A stretch of 45,941 nt of DNA from an uncultured Fibrobacteraceae bacterium (GTDB lineage Bacteria > Krumholzibacteriota > Krumholzibacteriia > LZORAL124-64-63), in assembly GCA_964630845.1 (NCBI GenBank), contig CAZVWL010000002.1, positions 1 through 45,941 on the forward strand, given 5' to 3'. The translations under genes were made by a program, and so were the position numbers. A model generated the notes under the pieces. That model made no database searches. It had not been told where the DNA came from and worked only from the letters and a program-made list of their open reading frames with translations. Below are positions 8,957 through 17,890 of this stretch, piece after piece (the stretch's first letter is position 1; every line of letters starts with the position of its first letter).

Positions 8957-11900
8957 ATGTTTTCCAACCTGCCGCTCACGATCCCTCGCCTGCCGATCAT
9001 CCTTGCCCTGACCCTGACCTTCGTGACGCCGCTGGCGGCCGATGCGGCAGCCCCGTTGCACGAAGGGTCACTTGCGGCGGATCGATACGATTGGGTCGAG
9101 CGCCAGGACGGCACCTTCCAACTCGTGCTCGACGGCGGCCGGCCGCTGGACGTCACGGACGAAGCCGCGCTCCCGGTCCTCGACCTGCTGCTGCTCGTGC
9201 CGGGCGACCTGCCGATCACCGGCGTGCGGATCGAGCCCCTCGCGACGCGGGAACTGGCGCTGCCCGGCCGGCTCGCGACGTCGCCGGCCATGATCACCAG
9301 CGCCGGCGAGGCCGTGCCGGTGCGCGACCTCCTGCCCGAGAACGGCGTGTTTCCCCCGACCTGGGGTCGCTACGGCGGGGTCCATCGCTGGCACGGATAC
9401 CGCCTGCTCGGCGTGACGGTGCACGCCGCCCGGCTGCACGCCGGCGCCGACGGTCGGCCTGACCGCCTGGTCGTGCTCGAGCGCTTCGCGGTCCATGCCC
9501 TGACCGATCCGCAAGCGATGCCGGGGCCGGCCCTCGCGCGCGAGCGGCAGGTGGCCGGAGAACGGGAACGCCTCGAAAGGTTGCTCGTCGACGTGGTCGC
9601 CAATCCTCTGGCCATCGCGTCGTACCAGCGGCCCGAAGGCCTCGTTCAGGACAAGCAGGGCGGGCCGTTCCTGCCCGCGCCCAATCCGAGCCTCGAGGGC
9701 AGCGGCGTCCGCTACCTGATCATCACGACCGAGGCGTTCGCCGCCGAGTTCCAGCGTCTGGCCGATCATCGGACCGCCACCGGCGTGCCGACGAAGGTCG
9801 TCACCCGCGAATGGATCGAGAGCACGCAGCGTCGCGGCGTGGATTTCCCGGCGACCCTGCGCATGTTCCTGCAGGAGGCCTACGCGAAGTGGGGCCTCGA
9901 GTTCCTGCTGATCGGGGGCGATACCGAGGTGCTGCCGACACGCTTCGTGCGCAGCACGTACTACCCCTTCGGCGGCTTCACCGACATCCCGACCGACCTC
10001 TACTTCTCCGCGCTCGACGGCGACTGGAACGCCAATGGCAACGGCTGGTTCGCCGAGCCCTTCCTGTCGGCGGCCAGCCCCGGCGACGACGCGGATCTGG
10101 CGCCCGAGCTGCACGTCGGCCGCGCCACGGTGCGGACGGTCAACGGCGCGCGGCAGTTCGTCGACAAGATCCTGACCTACGACACGACGCCGGTGGGCGC
10201 GGCCTGGGCGAACCGATCGCTGTTCGCGGCCGAGGTGCTCTTCCCGACGAACTGGAACCCCGGCGATCCGATCTCCCTCGACGGCGCCATGTATCCGCAC
10301 ATGCTGATCAACAACATCCTGGTGCCCTGCGGCGCCATGGAATACTGGCGTATGTACGAGACCAACGGCAACTATCCGCGCGACGAGCAGCTCTCGCGGG
10401 TGCTGTTCCGCCAGCGGCTCAACACCGGTCAATACGGCCAGGTGCACCAGTTCGGTCATGGCCACTTCTTCAACATGTCGATGGGCGACGCGAGCTTCAC
10501 CGTCGCCGACGCCGATGGTCTGACCAACGCGCCGGCGTTCTTCCTGCTCTTCGCGCTCAACTGCGCGTCGGCCGCCTACGACGTCTCGTGCCTCATGGAG
10601 CGATTCGTCGAAAACCCCAACGGCGGCTCGATCATGTCGATCGGCGCGGTGCGCTCGGCCTTCCCGCAGACTTCGTTCAACCACCAGAACTTCTTCTACA
10701 ATCGGATGATCTGCCAGGGCGAGCGACGGTCGGCGGCAGCGATCACCGCGGCCCGGCTGGCGTACATCGCCAACACCTACAACAACACGGTCGACCGTTG
10801 GACCCAGCTGAACATCGCCGTCATCGGCGACCCGGTCGTCAGCATCTGGACGGCTTCTCCGCGGCAACCGGACCTCGCGTTGCCCGGGCAGATCGCCGTC
10901 GGCGAGCAGGCGATCACGGTGACCGTCACCGTCGACGGCGTCCCGGTGGTCGGCGCCGATGTCGGCCTGCACAAGGCAGGCGAGACCTATGCGTGGGGCG
11001 TGACCGACGCCAGCGGCACGGTCGTGGCCACCGTGATCCCGCAGACCGCCGGGGATCTCGTCGTGACCGTGTCGGGCAAGGACCTCGCCCGCACCTCGGC
11101 GACCATCCCCGTCACCGGGGGCGCCACCTACGTGCGGCTCGACGAGATCCTCGTCAGCGACCCCGCCGGCAACGGCAACGGCAAGCCCGAAGCGGGCGAA
11201 ACGTTGCAACTGCGTTTCGTGCTGACCGACGTCGGCGGCGCCGGCGCGACGAGCGTCGGCCTGGTGGTCACGACCAGCGATTCCAACCTGTCGATCATCG
11301 ATGGTGGTGCGGTCGTGCCGAACATCCCGGCCGGCGGCAGCGTGGCCACGACCGATCCGATCGTCGTGTCGACCGCGCCGGACCTGCGCGACGGCACCAG
11401 CGTGAGGCTGCGGCTGAACGTCGTCAGCCCGGGGGGCAGCTGGGTGAGCCACGGCGAACTGGAGATCCTGGCGCCCGAACCGCAGATCACGCGGCTTGTG
11501 GTCGACGACAGCGTGTTCGGCAATGGCAACGGCATCGCCGAGAGCGGCGAGCGGCTGGTGCTGCGGCCGTACGTGAAGAATTACGGCGCCGGGCGCCTCG
11601 ATCAGCTCACGATCACCCTCGCGGCCGCCGATCCGGGCGTGACCCTGCACGCGACCGAAGCGACGATCGTTGGTCTCGGCCTGCTGCAGGACAACACCTA
11701 CAGCTCGGGCAGCCTGTCGCTTTCGTTGGCCGACATCGGCGCGCCGACGCCGGCCTCGTTGACCTTCGTGGACAATCACGGGCGCACGTTCGAGCAGCCC
11801 CTCGAGTTCAACCCGCCGCCGGCGCCCGAACTGCCCGCGGCCGATGGCGCCGGCGCGTCGGACACGATCGCCCTGCGCTGGGATCCGGTGGGCGGCGGTC

Positions 11901-13765
11901 GCACGCTGGGCTACAATGTGTACCGCGCCACGTCCGAGAGCGGACCGTTCGTGCGGGCCAATCCGGACCTCCTCATGCGCACGTCGTATTTTGAGGACCG
12001 GGGGCTGCAGCAACTCGCCCCGTACTGGTACCGGATCGCGGCCGTCGACACGTTCATGATCGAAGGCGGCCTCTCCCCGGTGGTGTTCCAGAGCACGATG
12101 CCGGCCGAGCTGACGAATTTCCCGCTGCCGTTCCAGCTGCAGACGAGCGGGCATCTGGCGGTCGGCGACGTGACCGGCGACGGCCAGCTCGAGATCGTGC
12201 TCGCCTCGGACGAAGTCTACGTCTGGCGCGCGGACGGCACCGAATTGCTTGACGGCGACGATAATGCCCAGACTACCGGTCCATTCACGAACATCCAGGG
12301 CCAGTTCGAGCCGTCCGGTGTGGCGCTCGGCGATCTCGACGATATCGCCGGCCTCGAGATCGTCGTCAGCGAGCGCCTGCTCGCCCGTAAGATCTACGCC
12401 TATCGCAAGGACGGCAGCCTGTTGCCGGGCTGGCCGCGGACGCTGCGGGACTCCTGGAACTGGGCGACGCCGGCCATCGGCGACGTGACCGGAGACGGCC
12501 ACAACGAGGTCGTGGTCAACGACACCGGCGGCCGGACGTTCGTCTGGCGCCGCGACGGCACCGAATTGCGCGACGGCGACAACAACCCCGCGACCGATGG
12601 CGTGTTCGTGGTGCGGACCGAGAGCTGGGGATACTCGTCGCCGGCGTTGTTCGATCTCGATGGCGACGGCGCCTGCGAGATCATCTTCGGCACCCGTTAC
12701 GCCAACAGCACCAATGGCCTGCAAGCCTACCGCTACGACGGCACCCAGCGGCATCCCTTCCCCATCGGCACCGGGACCGAGGCGATCCTCTGCAGTCCCG
12801 CCATCGCCGACGTCGATCAGGACGGTCAGAAGGAGATCATCTTCTACACCACCGGCGGCCGATTGTTCGTGGTCCACGCGGACGGGACGTTATATACCGG
12901 ATTCCCCAAGAGCCTCGGCGTCACCTCGACGCTCGATCCGGGACCGAGCCCGGCGGTCGGCGATTTCAACGGCGACGGCTTCCTGGACATCCTCTGTCCG
13001 ATCAACGTGAATTCGACGACGCTGTACATGGCCGTGGTGAGCACCAACGACCAGGCCGGCACCTCGGGCCAATTGCTGCCCGGCTGGCCCGTCTTGCTGC
13101 CGGCCAGCACCGAGGGCAGCCCCGTCGTCGGCGACATCGACGGCGACGGCGTGCCCGACATCATCCAGCCGATCGGCAACGACAACATGGAGACCCCGGA
13201 CCTGATCTGCGCGCTGAAGGCTGACGGCACGCCGGTCAACGGGTTCCCGATCCGGCTCTCGAGCTTCCCGCGCGCGACCCCGACCCTCTGCGACCTGAAC
13301 GGCGACGGCCGCATCAACATCGTGTACGGCAGCTGGGACCGGTTGCTGCACGTCTGGGACATGCCGTTCCCGTACGATCCCCGCAACGTGCCCTGGCCGA
13401 CGTTCCAGGGCGATGTCCAGCGCACCGGCGTCGCCCCGCTCGTCAGCCCGACCTCGGTCGCCGATGAACCGACCGTTCCGCGCGCGTTCACGGTGCTGCC
13501 GCCGTTCCCGAACCCCTTCAACCCCACGACCACGTTGCGGTTCTACGTTGCCGAGGGCCTTGACGCCCGCCTCGACGTGGCTGTCTTCGACCTTCGCGGT
13601 CGCCGGGTGCGCGAGTTGCACGGCGGACCGGCCGCCCCCGGCTGGCACGAGCTGAGCTGGGACGGCCGCGACGACTCCGGGCGCGGCCAGGCCAGCGGCG
13701 TCTACTTCGTGCAGGCGCGGCAGGGCGCGGCCAGCCAGACGTTCAAGCTCTCGCTCGTCAAGTGA
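8957..13765 (+). CDS. Giant secreted peptidase C25 (gingipain-like) protein with Ig-like/FN3-like domains, an FG-GAP/VCBS repeat region and a T9SS/FlgD-type C-terminal sorting domain
   Basis: AGGAGG RBS at 8945-8950. Signal peptide MFSNLPLTIPRLPIILALTLTFVTPLAADA. C25 region (~9707-10849) has RYLIITTEAFAAEF, FLLIGGDTEVLP, DLYFSALDGDWNANGNGWF, and a candidate catalytic dyad: His in FGHGHF (10457-10459) and Cys in ALNCAS (10562-10564). About seven GDVTGDG/GDIDGDG-type FG-GAP repeats lie at ~12130-13360. The C-terminal domain (13486-13762) reads FPNPFNPTTTLRF...GVYFVQAR...FKLSLVK. Confidence 0.9.
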   Translation: MFSNLPLTIPRLPIILALTLTFVTPLAADAAAPLHEGSLAADRYDWVERQDGTFQLVLDGGRPLDVTDEAALPVLDLLLLVPGDLPITGVRIEPLATRELALPGRLATSPAMITSAGEAVPVRDLLPENGVFPPTWGRYGGVHRWHGYRLLGVTVHAARLHAGADGRPDRLVVLERFAVHALTDPQAMPGPALARERQVAGERERLERLLVDVVANPLAIASYQRPEGLVQDKQGGPFLPAPNPSLEGSGVRYLIITTEAFAAEFQRLADHRTATGVPTKVVTREWIESTQRRGVDFPATLRMFLQEAYAKWGLEFLLIGGDTEVLPTRFVRSTYYPFGGFTDIPTDLYFSALDGDWNANGNGWFAEPFLSAASPGDDADLAPELHVGRATVRTVNGARQFVDKILTYDTTPVGAAWANRSLFAAEVLFPTNWNPGDPISLDGAMYPHMLINNILVPCGAMEYWRMYETNGNYPRDEQLSRVLFRQRLNTGQYGQVHQFGHGHFFNMSMGDASFTVADADGLTNAPAFFLLFALNCASAAYDVSCLMERFVENPNGGSIMSIGAVRSAFPQTSFNHQNFFYNRMICQGERRSAAAITAARLAYIANTYNNTVDRWTQLNIAVIGDPVVSIWTASPRQPDLALPGQIAVGEQAITVTVTVDGVPVVGADVGLHKAGETYAWGVTDASGTVVATVIPQTAGDLVVTVSGKDLARTSATIPVTGGATYVRLDEILVSDPAGNGNGKPEAGETLQLRFVLTDVGGAGATSVGLVVTTSDSNLSIIDGGAVVPNIPAGGSVATTDPIVVSTAPDLRDGTSVRLRLNVVSPGGSWVSHGELEILAPEPQITRLVVDDSVFGNGNGIAESGERLVLRPYVKNYGAGRLDQLTITLAAADPGVTLHATEATIVGLGLLQDNTYSSGSLSLSLADIGAPTPASLTFVDNHGRTFEQPLEFNPPPAPELPAADGAGASDTIALRWDPVGGGRTLGYNVYRATSESGPFVRANPDLLMRTSYFEDRGLQQLAPYWYRIAAVDTFMIEGGLSPVVFQSTMPAELTNFPLPFQLQTSGHLAVGDVTGDGQLEIVLASDEVYVWRADGTELLDGDDNAQTTGPFTNIQGQFEPSGVALGDLDDIAGLEIVVSERLLARKIYAYRKDGSLLPGWPRTLRDSWNWATPAIGDVTGDGHNEVVVNDTGGRTFVWRRDGTELRDGDNNPATDGVFVVRTESWGYSSPALFDLDGDGACEIIFGTRYANSTNGLQAYRYDGTQRHPFPIGTGTEAILCSPAIADVDQDGQKEIIFYTTGGRLFVVHADGTLYTGFPKSLGVTSTLDPGPSPAVGDFNGDGFLDILCPINVNSTTLYMAVVSTNDQAGTSGQLLPGWPVLLPASTEGSPVVGDIDGDGVPDIIQPIGNDNMETPDLICALKADGTPVNGFPIRLSSFPRATPTLCDLNGDGRINIVYGSWDRLLHVWDMPFPYDPRNVPWPTFQGDVQRTGVAPLVSPTSVADEPTVPRAFTVLPPFPNPFNPTTTLRFYVAEGLDARLDVAVFDLRGRRVRELHGGPAAPGWHELSWDGRDDSGRGQASGVYFVQARQGAASQTFKLSLVK

Positions 13766-13798
13766 CAAGCGGCCGCCCGGGCGGCCACGCGACGATCA

Positions 13799-13833
13799 AG
13801 CCCCGGCCGGCAGCGGCCGGGGCTTCGTCGTCT
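13799..13833 (+). terminator. Candidate intrinsic terminator hairpin downstream of the C25 gene
   Basis: Perfect 11-bp stem AGCCCCGGCCG / CGGCCGGGGCT with a 4-nt loop (GCAG) at 13799-13824, followed by a T-containing tail TCGTCGTCT that is not a clean U-tract. A second 16-nt GC palindrome lies at 13771-13786. Confidence 0.45.
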
Positions 13834-13955
13834 GCCGCCAGATACCGGTTCCGTGGTGGACGGAGTTGGTGTAGAAGGTAGACGGATGCGTCCAGTTGAG
13901 GGACGACCTGGCCGGCCGGGCCGCCGGCGGCCGGGCGAACGGGCGGGTGACGAAC

Positions 13956-15650
13956 ATGACGACCGATCAGAGGACCAGGACCGCACCGCGGCCGCGCTCG
14001 TCCCGACGCCTGGCGCTGGCGGTGCTCGTGCTGGTCGGTCTGGCTCTGGCGTTCTTCGGGCTCGACCGCGTCCGGCACCACCCGACCGCCACCCATCCGG
14101 TCGGGCTCGAGAACGACTCCGGCCGACCCGTCTTCGGCGGCACGGCGGTGATCGCGTTGCCGGACGAGCCGGACGTGCTGAATTCGTTGACGCGGACCTC
14201 GGCCGTCGCCGGCATGGTGCTGGCCCTCGTGCAGGCGAGCCTCGTGGAGATGGGGGAAGACCAGCGCTGGTATCCCGAGATCGCCGAACGCTGGTCGGCC
14301 GCGCCCGACAGCCTGTCGATCACCTACACGCTGCGGCCGTGGTCCTGGGAGGACGGCGAACCGTTGACGAGCGAGGACGTGCGGCTGTCCTGCGAACTTC
14401 TGAAGGACCCGCGCGTCGCCAGCCCGCGCGCCGACCTGTTGCGGGCCGTCACGCGGGTCAGCGCGCCGGATCCGGAGACGGTGCGCTACGAATTCGTTCG
14501 CCCGCAGGCCGATCCGGTGCAGGCGACGGCGCACGCCATCTTGCCGGCCCATCGCGTGCGCGACCTCGACCCGGGCGCGGTCGCGCAATGGCCGCTCAAT
14601 CGCGCGCCGCTCGCCTCGGGGCCGTTCCGGCTGGTCGCCTGGCAGCCCGGGCAGCAGCTGGAGCTGGAGCCGAATCCTCGCTACGGCGGCCAGGCGCCCC
14701 GATTGCGTCGGGTGGTGCTGCGCATCTTGCCGGACGAGACCGCGCGCATCCTGGCCCTGGAAGCCGGCGAGGTCGACCTCGTCTTCGATGTGCCGCACCA
14801 CGCCGCGCGGCGTCTGCGGCAGCGCTCCGACCTCTCGGTGGTCGAGGTCGATGGGCGCGTCTTCGGGTTCCTGCTGTGGAACGTGCGGCGGCCGACGCTC
14901 CGGCAACCGGAGGTGCGACGAGCCCTGTCGCTGGCGCTCGATCGCGAGCGCTTCGTCGGCGACCTGCTCGGTGGGTACGCCCGCCCGGCGGCGTCGTACC
15001 TGCCACCCGTGCTCTGGAACCACCACCCTCAGCTGCAGGCCGATCCGTACAGGCCCGACTCGGCGCGCGCGCTGCTCGAGGCCGCAGGCTGGCGCTTGCC
15101 GGCCGCGGCGTCGGTGCGCGAGCGCGATGGCGAGAGCTTGCGCCTGGACGTGATCTACAGGGGAGGGGACGCGCAACGCGACCACGGCGCCGCGCTCGTC
15201 AGCCAGAACCTCGGGGCGGTCGGCGTCGCGGTCGCGTTGCGGGCGATGGAACTGGGCACGGCGCTGGAGTTCCTGCGCACGGGTCGCTTCGACGCGTACC
15301 TCGGCGAGTTCCAGGCGAACCTGTACGCGGATCCGACGGCGCTCGTCGGCTCCGGCGCCACCGACCGTTTCAACTTCGGCGGTTACGCCAATGCGCGCGT
15401 CGATTCGCTCTTGCACGCGGCGCTCAATGAACCGGAGCGGGAGCACAGCCTGCCCATCTGGTACGCGTTGCAAGAGGAGCTGGCGTCGGATCAGCCGGCG
15501 GCGGTGCTCTACTATCCGCGGCAGCTCGTGGTCCACAGCCGGCGTTTGCGGGACGTGCGGCCACACATGCTGTCGCCGTTGAACAACCTGGCCGAGTGGT
15601 GGATCCCGCCCGCGGACCGTCGTTGGCAGGATCCCGGCGAGGTCCGGTAA
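13956..15650 (+). CDS. ABC-transporter substrate-binding protein, family 5 (peptide/nickel, OppA/DppA-like); orphan, with no permease or ATPase gene nearby
   Basis: Basic N-terminus plus hydrophobic anchor (SSRRLALAVLVLVGLALAFF). Family-typical blocks: GGTAVIALPDEPDVLNSL, YTLRPWSWEDGEPLTSEDV, GPFRLVAWQPGQQLELEPNPRY, EAGEVDLV and RRALSLALDRE. Confidence 0.85.
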   Translation: MTTDQRTRTAPRPRSSRRLALAVLVLVGLALAFFGLDRVRHHPTATHPVGLENDSGRPVFGGTAVIALPDEPDVLNSLTRTSAVAGMVLALVQASLVEMGEDQRWYPEIAERWSAAPDSLSITYTLRPWSWEDGEPLTSEDVRLSCELLKDPRVASPRADLLRAVTRVSAPDPETVRYEFVRPQADPVQATAHAILPAHRVRDLDPGAVAQWPLNRAPLASGPFRLVAWQPGQQLELEPNPRYGGQAPRLRRVVLRILPDETARILALEAGEVDLVFDVPHHAARRLRQRSDLSVVEVDGRVFGFLLWNVRRPTLRQPEVRRALSLALDRERFVGDLLGGYARPAASYLPPVLWNHHPQLQADPYRPDSARALLEAAGWRLPAAASVRERDGESLRLDVIYRGGDAQRDHGAALVSQNLGAVGVAVALRAMELGTALEFLRTGRFDAYLGEFQANLYADPTALVGSGATDRFNFGGYANARVDSLLHAALNEPEREHSLPIWYALQEELASDQPAAVLYYPRQLVVHSRRLRDVRPHMLSPLNNLAEWWIPPADRRWQDPGEVR

Positions 15651-15709
15651 TATCTATGACAAGCATCTGTTGACGCTGGTTCCTCCCGGCATTACGGTTG
15701 TTGCATGGA

Positions 15710-15721
15710 GGTAATATTACC
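15710..15721. promoter_or_regulatory. Perfect 12-bp palindrome GGTAATATTACC just upstream of the histone-like gene (candidate operator or leader hairpin)
   Basis: GGTAATATTACC at 15710-15721 ends 17 nt before the ATG at 15739. The half-site GGTAATAT recurs at 15646-15653. A possible promoter, TTGACG (15670-15675), 17 nt, TACGGT, lies upstream. Confidence 0.3.
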
Positions 15722-15738
15722 TGAACCAGGGAGCTGCC

Positions 15739-16416
15739 ATGTCAGCCGATTTGCAGAAACTGCTGTCCCAGTTGAGTCGCGACGATCTTCAGCACCTGCT
15801 GGCGGCGAAAGAGGAGCTGGAGGCGTTGCAGCAGAGGCGGGACGAACTGCGCCGGGAACTGGAAGAGGTGGAAGCGAGGCTGGCCGGCGTGCTCGGCGCG
15901 ACGGTGAGGGGTCGGGCCAAGACGGCGGCGCGAACCGGCAAGGTGGTGGCGAAGAAGCGCAAGAAGGCCACGCGTCAGCGAGCGGCGAAGAAGGGTGCGG
16001 CCAGCGCCGCGGCGAGCCCGGCGGAGTCGACCGGTGGCGCGCGCGCGAAGAAGGCCAAGAAGAAGATCACGAAGAAGTCCGCGAAGAAGTCGGCCAAGAA
16101 ATCGACCAAGAAGTCGGCGAAGAAGTCCACGAAGAAGGTCGCCAAGAAGGCGTCCCGGAACGTCGCGGCGAAGCCTGCACGGCGGCGGACTGCCGCGACA
16201 ACGGCCGGCGCCGAGCCGCGTGTGAAGCTGGAAGATGTCGTCGTCGGCGTTCTGGAACAGCATGGCTCGCCGATGCCGTTCCAGGAACTGCTCGCGACGA
16301 TCGTCGAGGGGCAGCTCGTGGCCAGCCGCAGCGCGAACTTCGCCAACGTCCTGCGACGCACGATCTCGATGAGCGAGCGGATCAAGTGGGTCGCGCGCGG
16401 GGTCTACGGCCTCTAG
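15739..16416 (+). CDS. Histone H1-like / nucleoid-associated protein: N-terminal coiled coil, Lys/Ala-rich KKSA repeats, C-terminal HARE-HTH-like winged helix
   Basis: N-terminal heptad-like LQKLLSQLSRDDLQHLLAAKEELEALQQRRDELRRELEEVEARL. Central KKITKKSAKKSAKKSTKKSAKKSTKKVAKKAS. C-terminal LEDVVVGVLEQHGSPMPFQELLATIVEGQL...NVLRRTISMSERIKWVARGVYGL resembles the HARE-HTH pattern, which ends in RGxYGL. AGGGAG RBS. Confidence 0.8.
   Translation: MSADLQKLLSQLSRDDLQHLLAAKEELEALQQRRDELRRELEEVEARLAGVLGATVRGRAKTAARTGKVVAKKRKKATRQRAAKKGAASAAASPAESTGGARAKKAKKKITKKSAKKSAKKSTKKSAKKSTKKVAKKASRNVAAKPARRRTAATTAGAEPRVKLEDVVVGVLEQHGSPMPFQELLATIVEGQLVASRSANFANVLRRTISMSERIKWVARGVYGL
16072..16149 (+). repeat. 12-nt in-frame tandem repeat (about 6.5 copies) encoding (K-K-S/V-A/T)n
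   Basis: AAGAAGTCCGCG AAGAAGTCGGCC AAGAAATCGACC AAGAAGTCGGCG AAGAAGTCCACG AAGAAGGTCGCC AAGAAG, read directly from the sequence inside the CDS at 15739-16416. Confidence 0.9.
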
Positions 16417-16433
16417 ATCAGACCCGCGGGCGT

Positions 16434-16452
16434 CCGCACCGACTGGGTGCGG
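16434..16452. terminator. Hairpin between convergent genes (candidate bidirectional terminator)
   Basis: CCGCACC (16434-16440), loop GACTG, GGTGCGG (16446-16452), nested inside an outer GACCCGC/GCGGGTC pair (16421-16427 / 16449-16455). It lies in the 41-nt gap between the stops at 16416 (+) and 16458 (-). There is no U-tract. Confidence 0.35.
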
Positions 16453-16457
16453 GTCGA

Positions 16458-16802
16458 TCAGCCGGGCGGCCAGCCGAACTGGCGGCCGCCCAGCAGATGC
16501 AGGTGCAGGTGCGGCACCGTCTGGCAGCCGTCGGGCCCGCAGTTGATGACCAGGCGATAGCCGGACTCCGCCAGGCCGAGGTCGGCCGCCACGCGCGCGG
16601 CCGCCACCTGCAGCCGTCCGATCAGGTCGGCGTCGGATGCCGCGAGGTCGGTCATGGCGGCGATGTGGCGCCGCGGGATCAGCAGCACGTGCACCGGCGC
16701 TTGCGGGTGCAGGTCCCGGAACGCAAGGATATCGGCGTCCGCGTAAACCGCGTTGCACGGAATCTCTCCGGCGGCGATCCGGCAGAAGATGCATTCTGAC
16801 AT
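16458..16802 (-). CDS. HIT-family (histidine triad) nucleotide-binding protein
   Basis: MSECIFCRIAAGEIPCNAVYADADILAFRDLHPQAPVHVLLIPRRH ... VPHLHLHLLGG contains the HxHxHxx histidine triad. The protein is 114 aa; only the 3' part of the 452-aa track ORF is real. Confidence 0.9.
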   Translation of the reverse strand: MSECIFCRIAAGEIPCNAVYADADILAFRDLHPQAPVHVLLIPRRHIAAMTDLAASDADLIGRLQVAAARVAADLGLAESGYRLVINCGPDGCQTVPHLHLHLLGGRQFGWPPG

Positions 16803-16898
16803 CGTGGTGTCCTTTCGGGTCGCGCGCCCCGGCGGGCGTCGCGGTGCCGACGCTACCACGACGCCGGCGTGCAAGGCAAGGCCGGCACTGCCAGGAGC

Positions 16899-17855
16899 AT
16901 GCGCGTGCGTGTCCTCGTCATCGGCTACAACGCCCTGGACATCACGGTTGACGCCGGCGGCCTGCCTCACACCGACACGAAGCACGAGGTTGCCGGCATC
17001 TTGATCGGCGGCGGCGGACCGGCCGCGACCGCCGCGGTGTGCCTGGCGCGACTGGGCGCCGACGTGTCGCTGGTGACGGTCTTCGGGGACGACGAAGGAG
17101 CGGCCCTGCAGCGGCGCGAGCTGGACGCCGCCGGGGTGGACCTCGCGCGGTGCGTCATCAGGCCGGGTTTCCCCTCGGCGCGGGCCGTGATCCTGGTCGA
17201 TCCGGCAGCGGCGGCCCGCACGATCTTCTGGTCGAGGGGAGGTCTGCCGCCGCTGGCGATGGGCGAGGTCGACCCGGCCTGGCTCGATGATTACGACCTT
17301 CTCTATTGCGACGGCCACGAGCCGCTGGTTGCCGCGAGCCTCGCGCAACGAGCACGCTCGAGGGGTTTGCCGGTGGTGCTGGATGCGGGTTCGGTCCGTC
17401 CGGGCACCGCGGAGCTGTTGCCGCATTGCACGGATGTCATCGCGTCGTCGTCGTTCGTTCCGGCGTTCACCGGCTGCGTGGAGCCGGAGATGGGGCTGCG
17501 ACGCCTGCAGTCGATCGTGCGCGGCCGCGTGGCCGCGACGTACGGGGCCGCGGGGGTGCTGGCGCTGGCGGTCGAGCCGCCGCAGGCAGCGTTCCACGTG
17601 CCGGCCTACGAGGTGGCGGTGCGCGACACGACCGGCGCCGGCGATGCGTTCCATGCCGGCTACGCCTTCGCCCGCCTGCGCGGCGACGACTGGCCGGACG
17701 GCCTCGATTTCGGCGCGGCGGTCGCGGCGCTCAAGTGCCGCGACTGGGGCGGCCGGCTCGGATTGCCGACCCTCGCCGAGGTGCGCGACTTGATGAACAA
17801 CGGGACGAGGCGCCATGACGCGCCGCCCGGGCGGCTGGTGCCGCCCGCCCGATAG
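16899..17855 (+). CDS. PfkB-family carbohydrate/nucleoside kinase (ribokinase-like)
   Basis: MRVRVLVIGYNALDI ... GGGGPAATAAVCLARLG ... the C-terminal signature VRDTTGAGDAFHAGYAF (DTxGAGD). ATG at 16899 is preferred over 16869. The gene is divergent from the HIT gene. Confidence 0.85.
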   Translation: MRVRVLVIGYNALDITVDAGGLPHTDTKHEVAGILIGGGGPAATAAVCLARLGADVSLVTVFGDDEGAALQRRELDAAGVDLARCVIRPGFPSARAVILVDPAAAARTIFWSRGGLPPLAMGEVDPAWLDDYDLLYCDGHEPLVAASLAQRARSRGLPVVLDAGSVRPGTAELLPHCTDVIASSSFVPAFTGCVEPEMGLRRLQSIVRGRVAATYGAAGVLALAVEPPQAAFHVPAYEVAVRDTTGAGDAFHAGYAFARLRGDDWPDGLDFGAAVAALKCRDWGGRLGLPTLAEVRDLMNNGTRRHDAPPGRLVPPAR

Positions 17856-17890
17856 CGCTGGACATTCGCCACGCTTTTGCCTACATTGGC

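Noticed and set aside
9068-12877. 1269-aa ORF on the - strand, and the 727-aa + strand alternative frame at 9811-11994
   Set aside because: Both lie inside the C25/FG-GAP gene, whose frame carries the signal peptide, the catalytic motifs and the sorting domain. The alternatives are Arg/Gly/Asp-rich with no recognisable domain.
16072-16149. Short tandem repeat considered as a possible CRISPR or regulatory repeat array
   Set aside because: The period is 12 nt with no spacers. It lies entirely in-frame inside a CDS and encodes KKSA units, so it is a coding microsatellite-like repeat and not a CRISPR array.
15705-16799. Alternative-frame ORFs over the histone-like gene (364 aa on +, 350 aa on -)
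   Set aside because: The 15739 frame has an RBS, a coiled coil, in-frame KKSA repeats and a folded C-terminal domain. The alternatives translate the same repeat into Arg/Glu/Gly or Leu/Arg runs and overlap the HIT gene.
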